Under the pieces are notes generated by a model. The model ran no database searches and was not told the DNA's origin. It worked only from the letters and a program-made list of their open reading frames with translations. 64,000 nt of DNA from Leucoraja ocellata (taxonomy: Eukaryota), in NCBI GenBank assembly GCA_036785375.1, contig JAWMAR010000055.1:7812001-7876000 (forward strand), written 5' to 3'. How positions within the stretch are numbered: position 1 is the stretch's first letter; each line of letters opens with the position of its first letter. The translations under genes were made by a program, and so were the position numbers. Below, one piece after another: positions 63,761 to 64,000 of this stretch.

Positions 63761-64000
63761 ATAAACGTGATACTTTTGCTTAAGAGTTAGCAGTTTTTTT
63801 CTATGTGAAGGTCTTATGTTCAGCCATGATGTGTGAACTTTAGACATTATTGATATGGGAGAGTTGTAACTAGGCCAGAGATACTTATTTTCAGATGAGG
63901 TGCTATAGGCCATGGCAACCTAATTCCTTTCTAGATGCACATAAAATATTCCATGGATCAAAAAAAGAGAGGTACCTCCAAAGATGTACAGATTTGTAGG

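Overview
Vertebrate genomic DNA, probably from a cartilaginous fish (inferred from the repeat families). The window holds most of a Patched-1 (PTCH1) gene on the + strand: 21 coding exons at 17102-57841 (orthologous to human exons 3-23, all GT-AG, continuous frame, 1315 whole codons plus stop), an intron starting directly after the stop codon, and a ~2.8 kb terminal 3'UTR exon. Exons 1-2 are not in the window, so 1-17101 is probably intron 2. That region contains an apparently intact DIRS1-type tyrosine-recombinase retrotransposon (461-5259) with gag, RT/RNaseH/methyltransferase and YR ORFs, short inverted termini, a perfectly matching internal complementary region and a 7-bp core (ATTTTAC) shared by both ends and the predicted circle junction. 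The introns also carry a non-autonomous Helitron family, Penelope-derived fold-back repeats with hammerhead-ribozyme-like cores, a solo LTR with a 4-bp TSD, CR1, RTE and L2/Rex-type LINE fragments, a ~90-bp HSP70 coding fragment inside an RTE relic, and GC-rich LINE-tailed elements. A Tc1 IR/DR fragment lies downstream of the gene. All comparisons with human PTCH1 and repeat families are from recall, not from searches.
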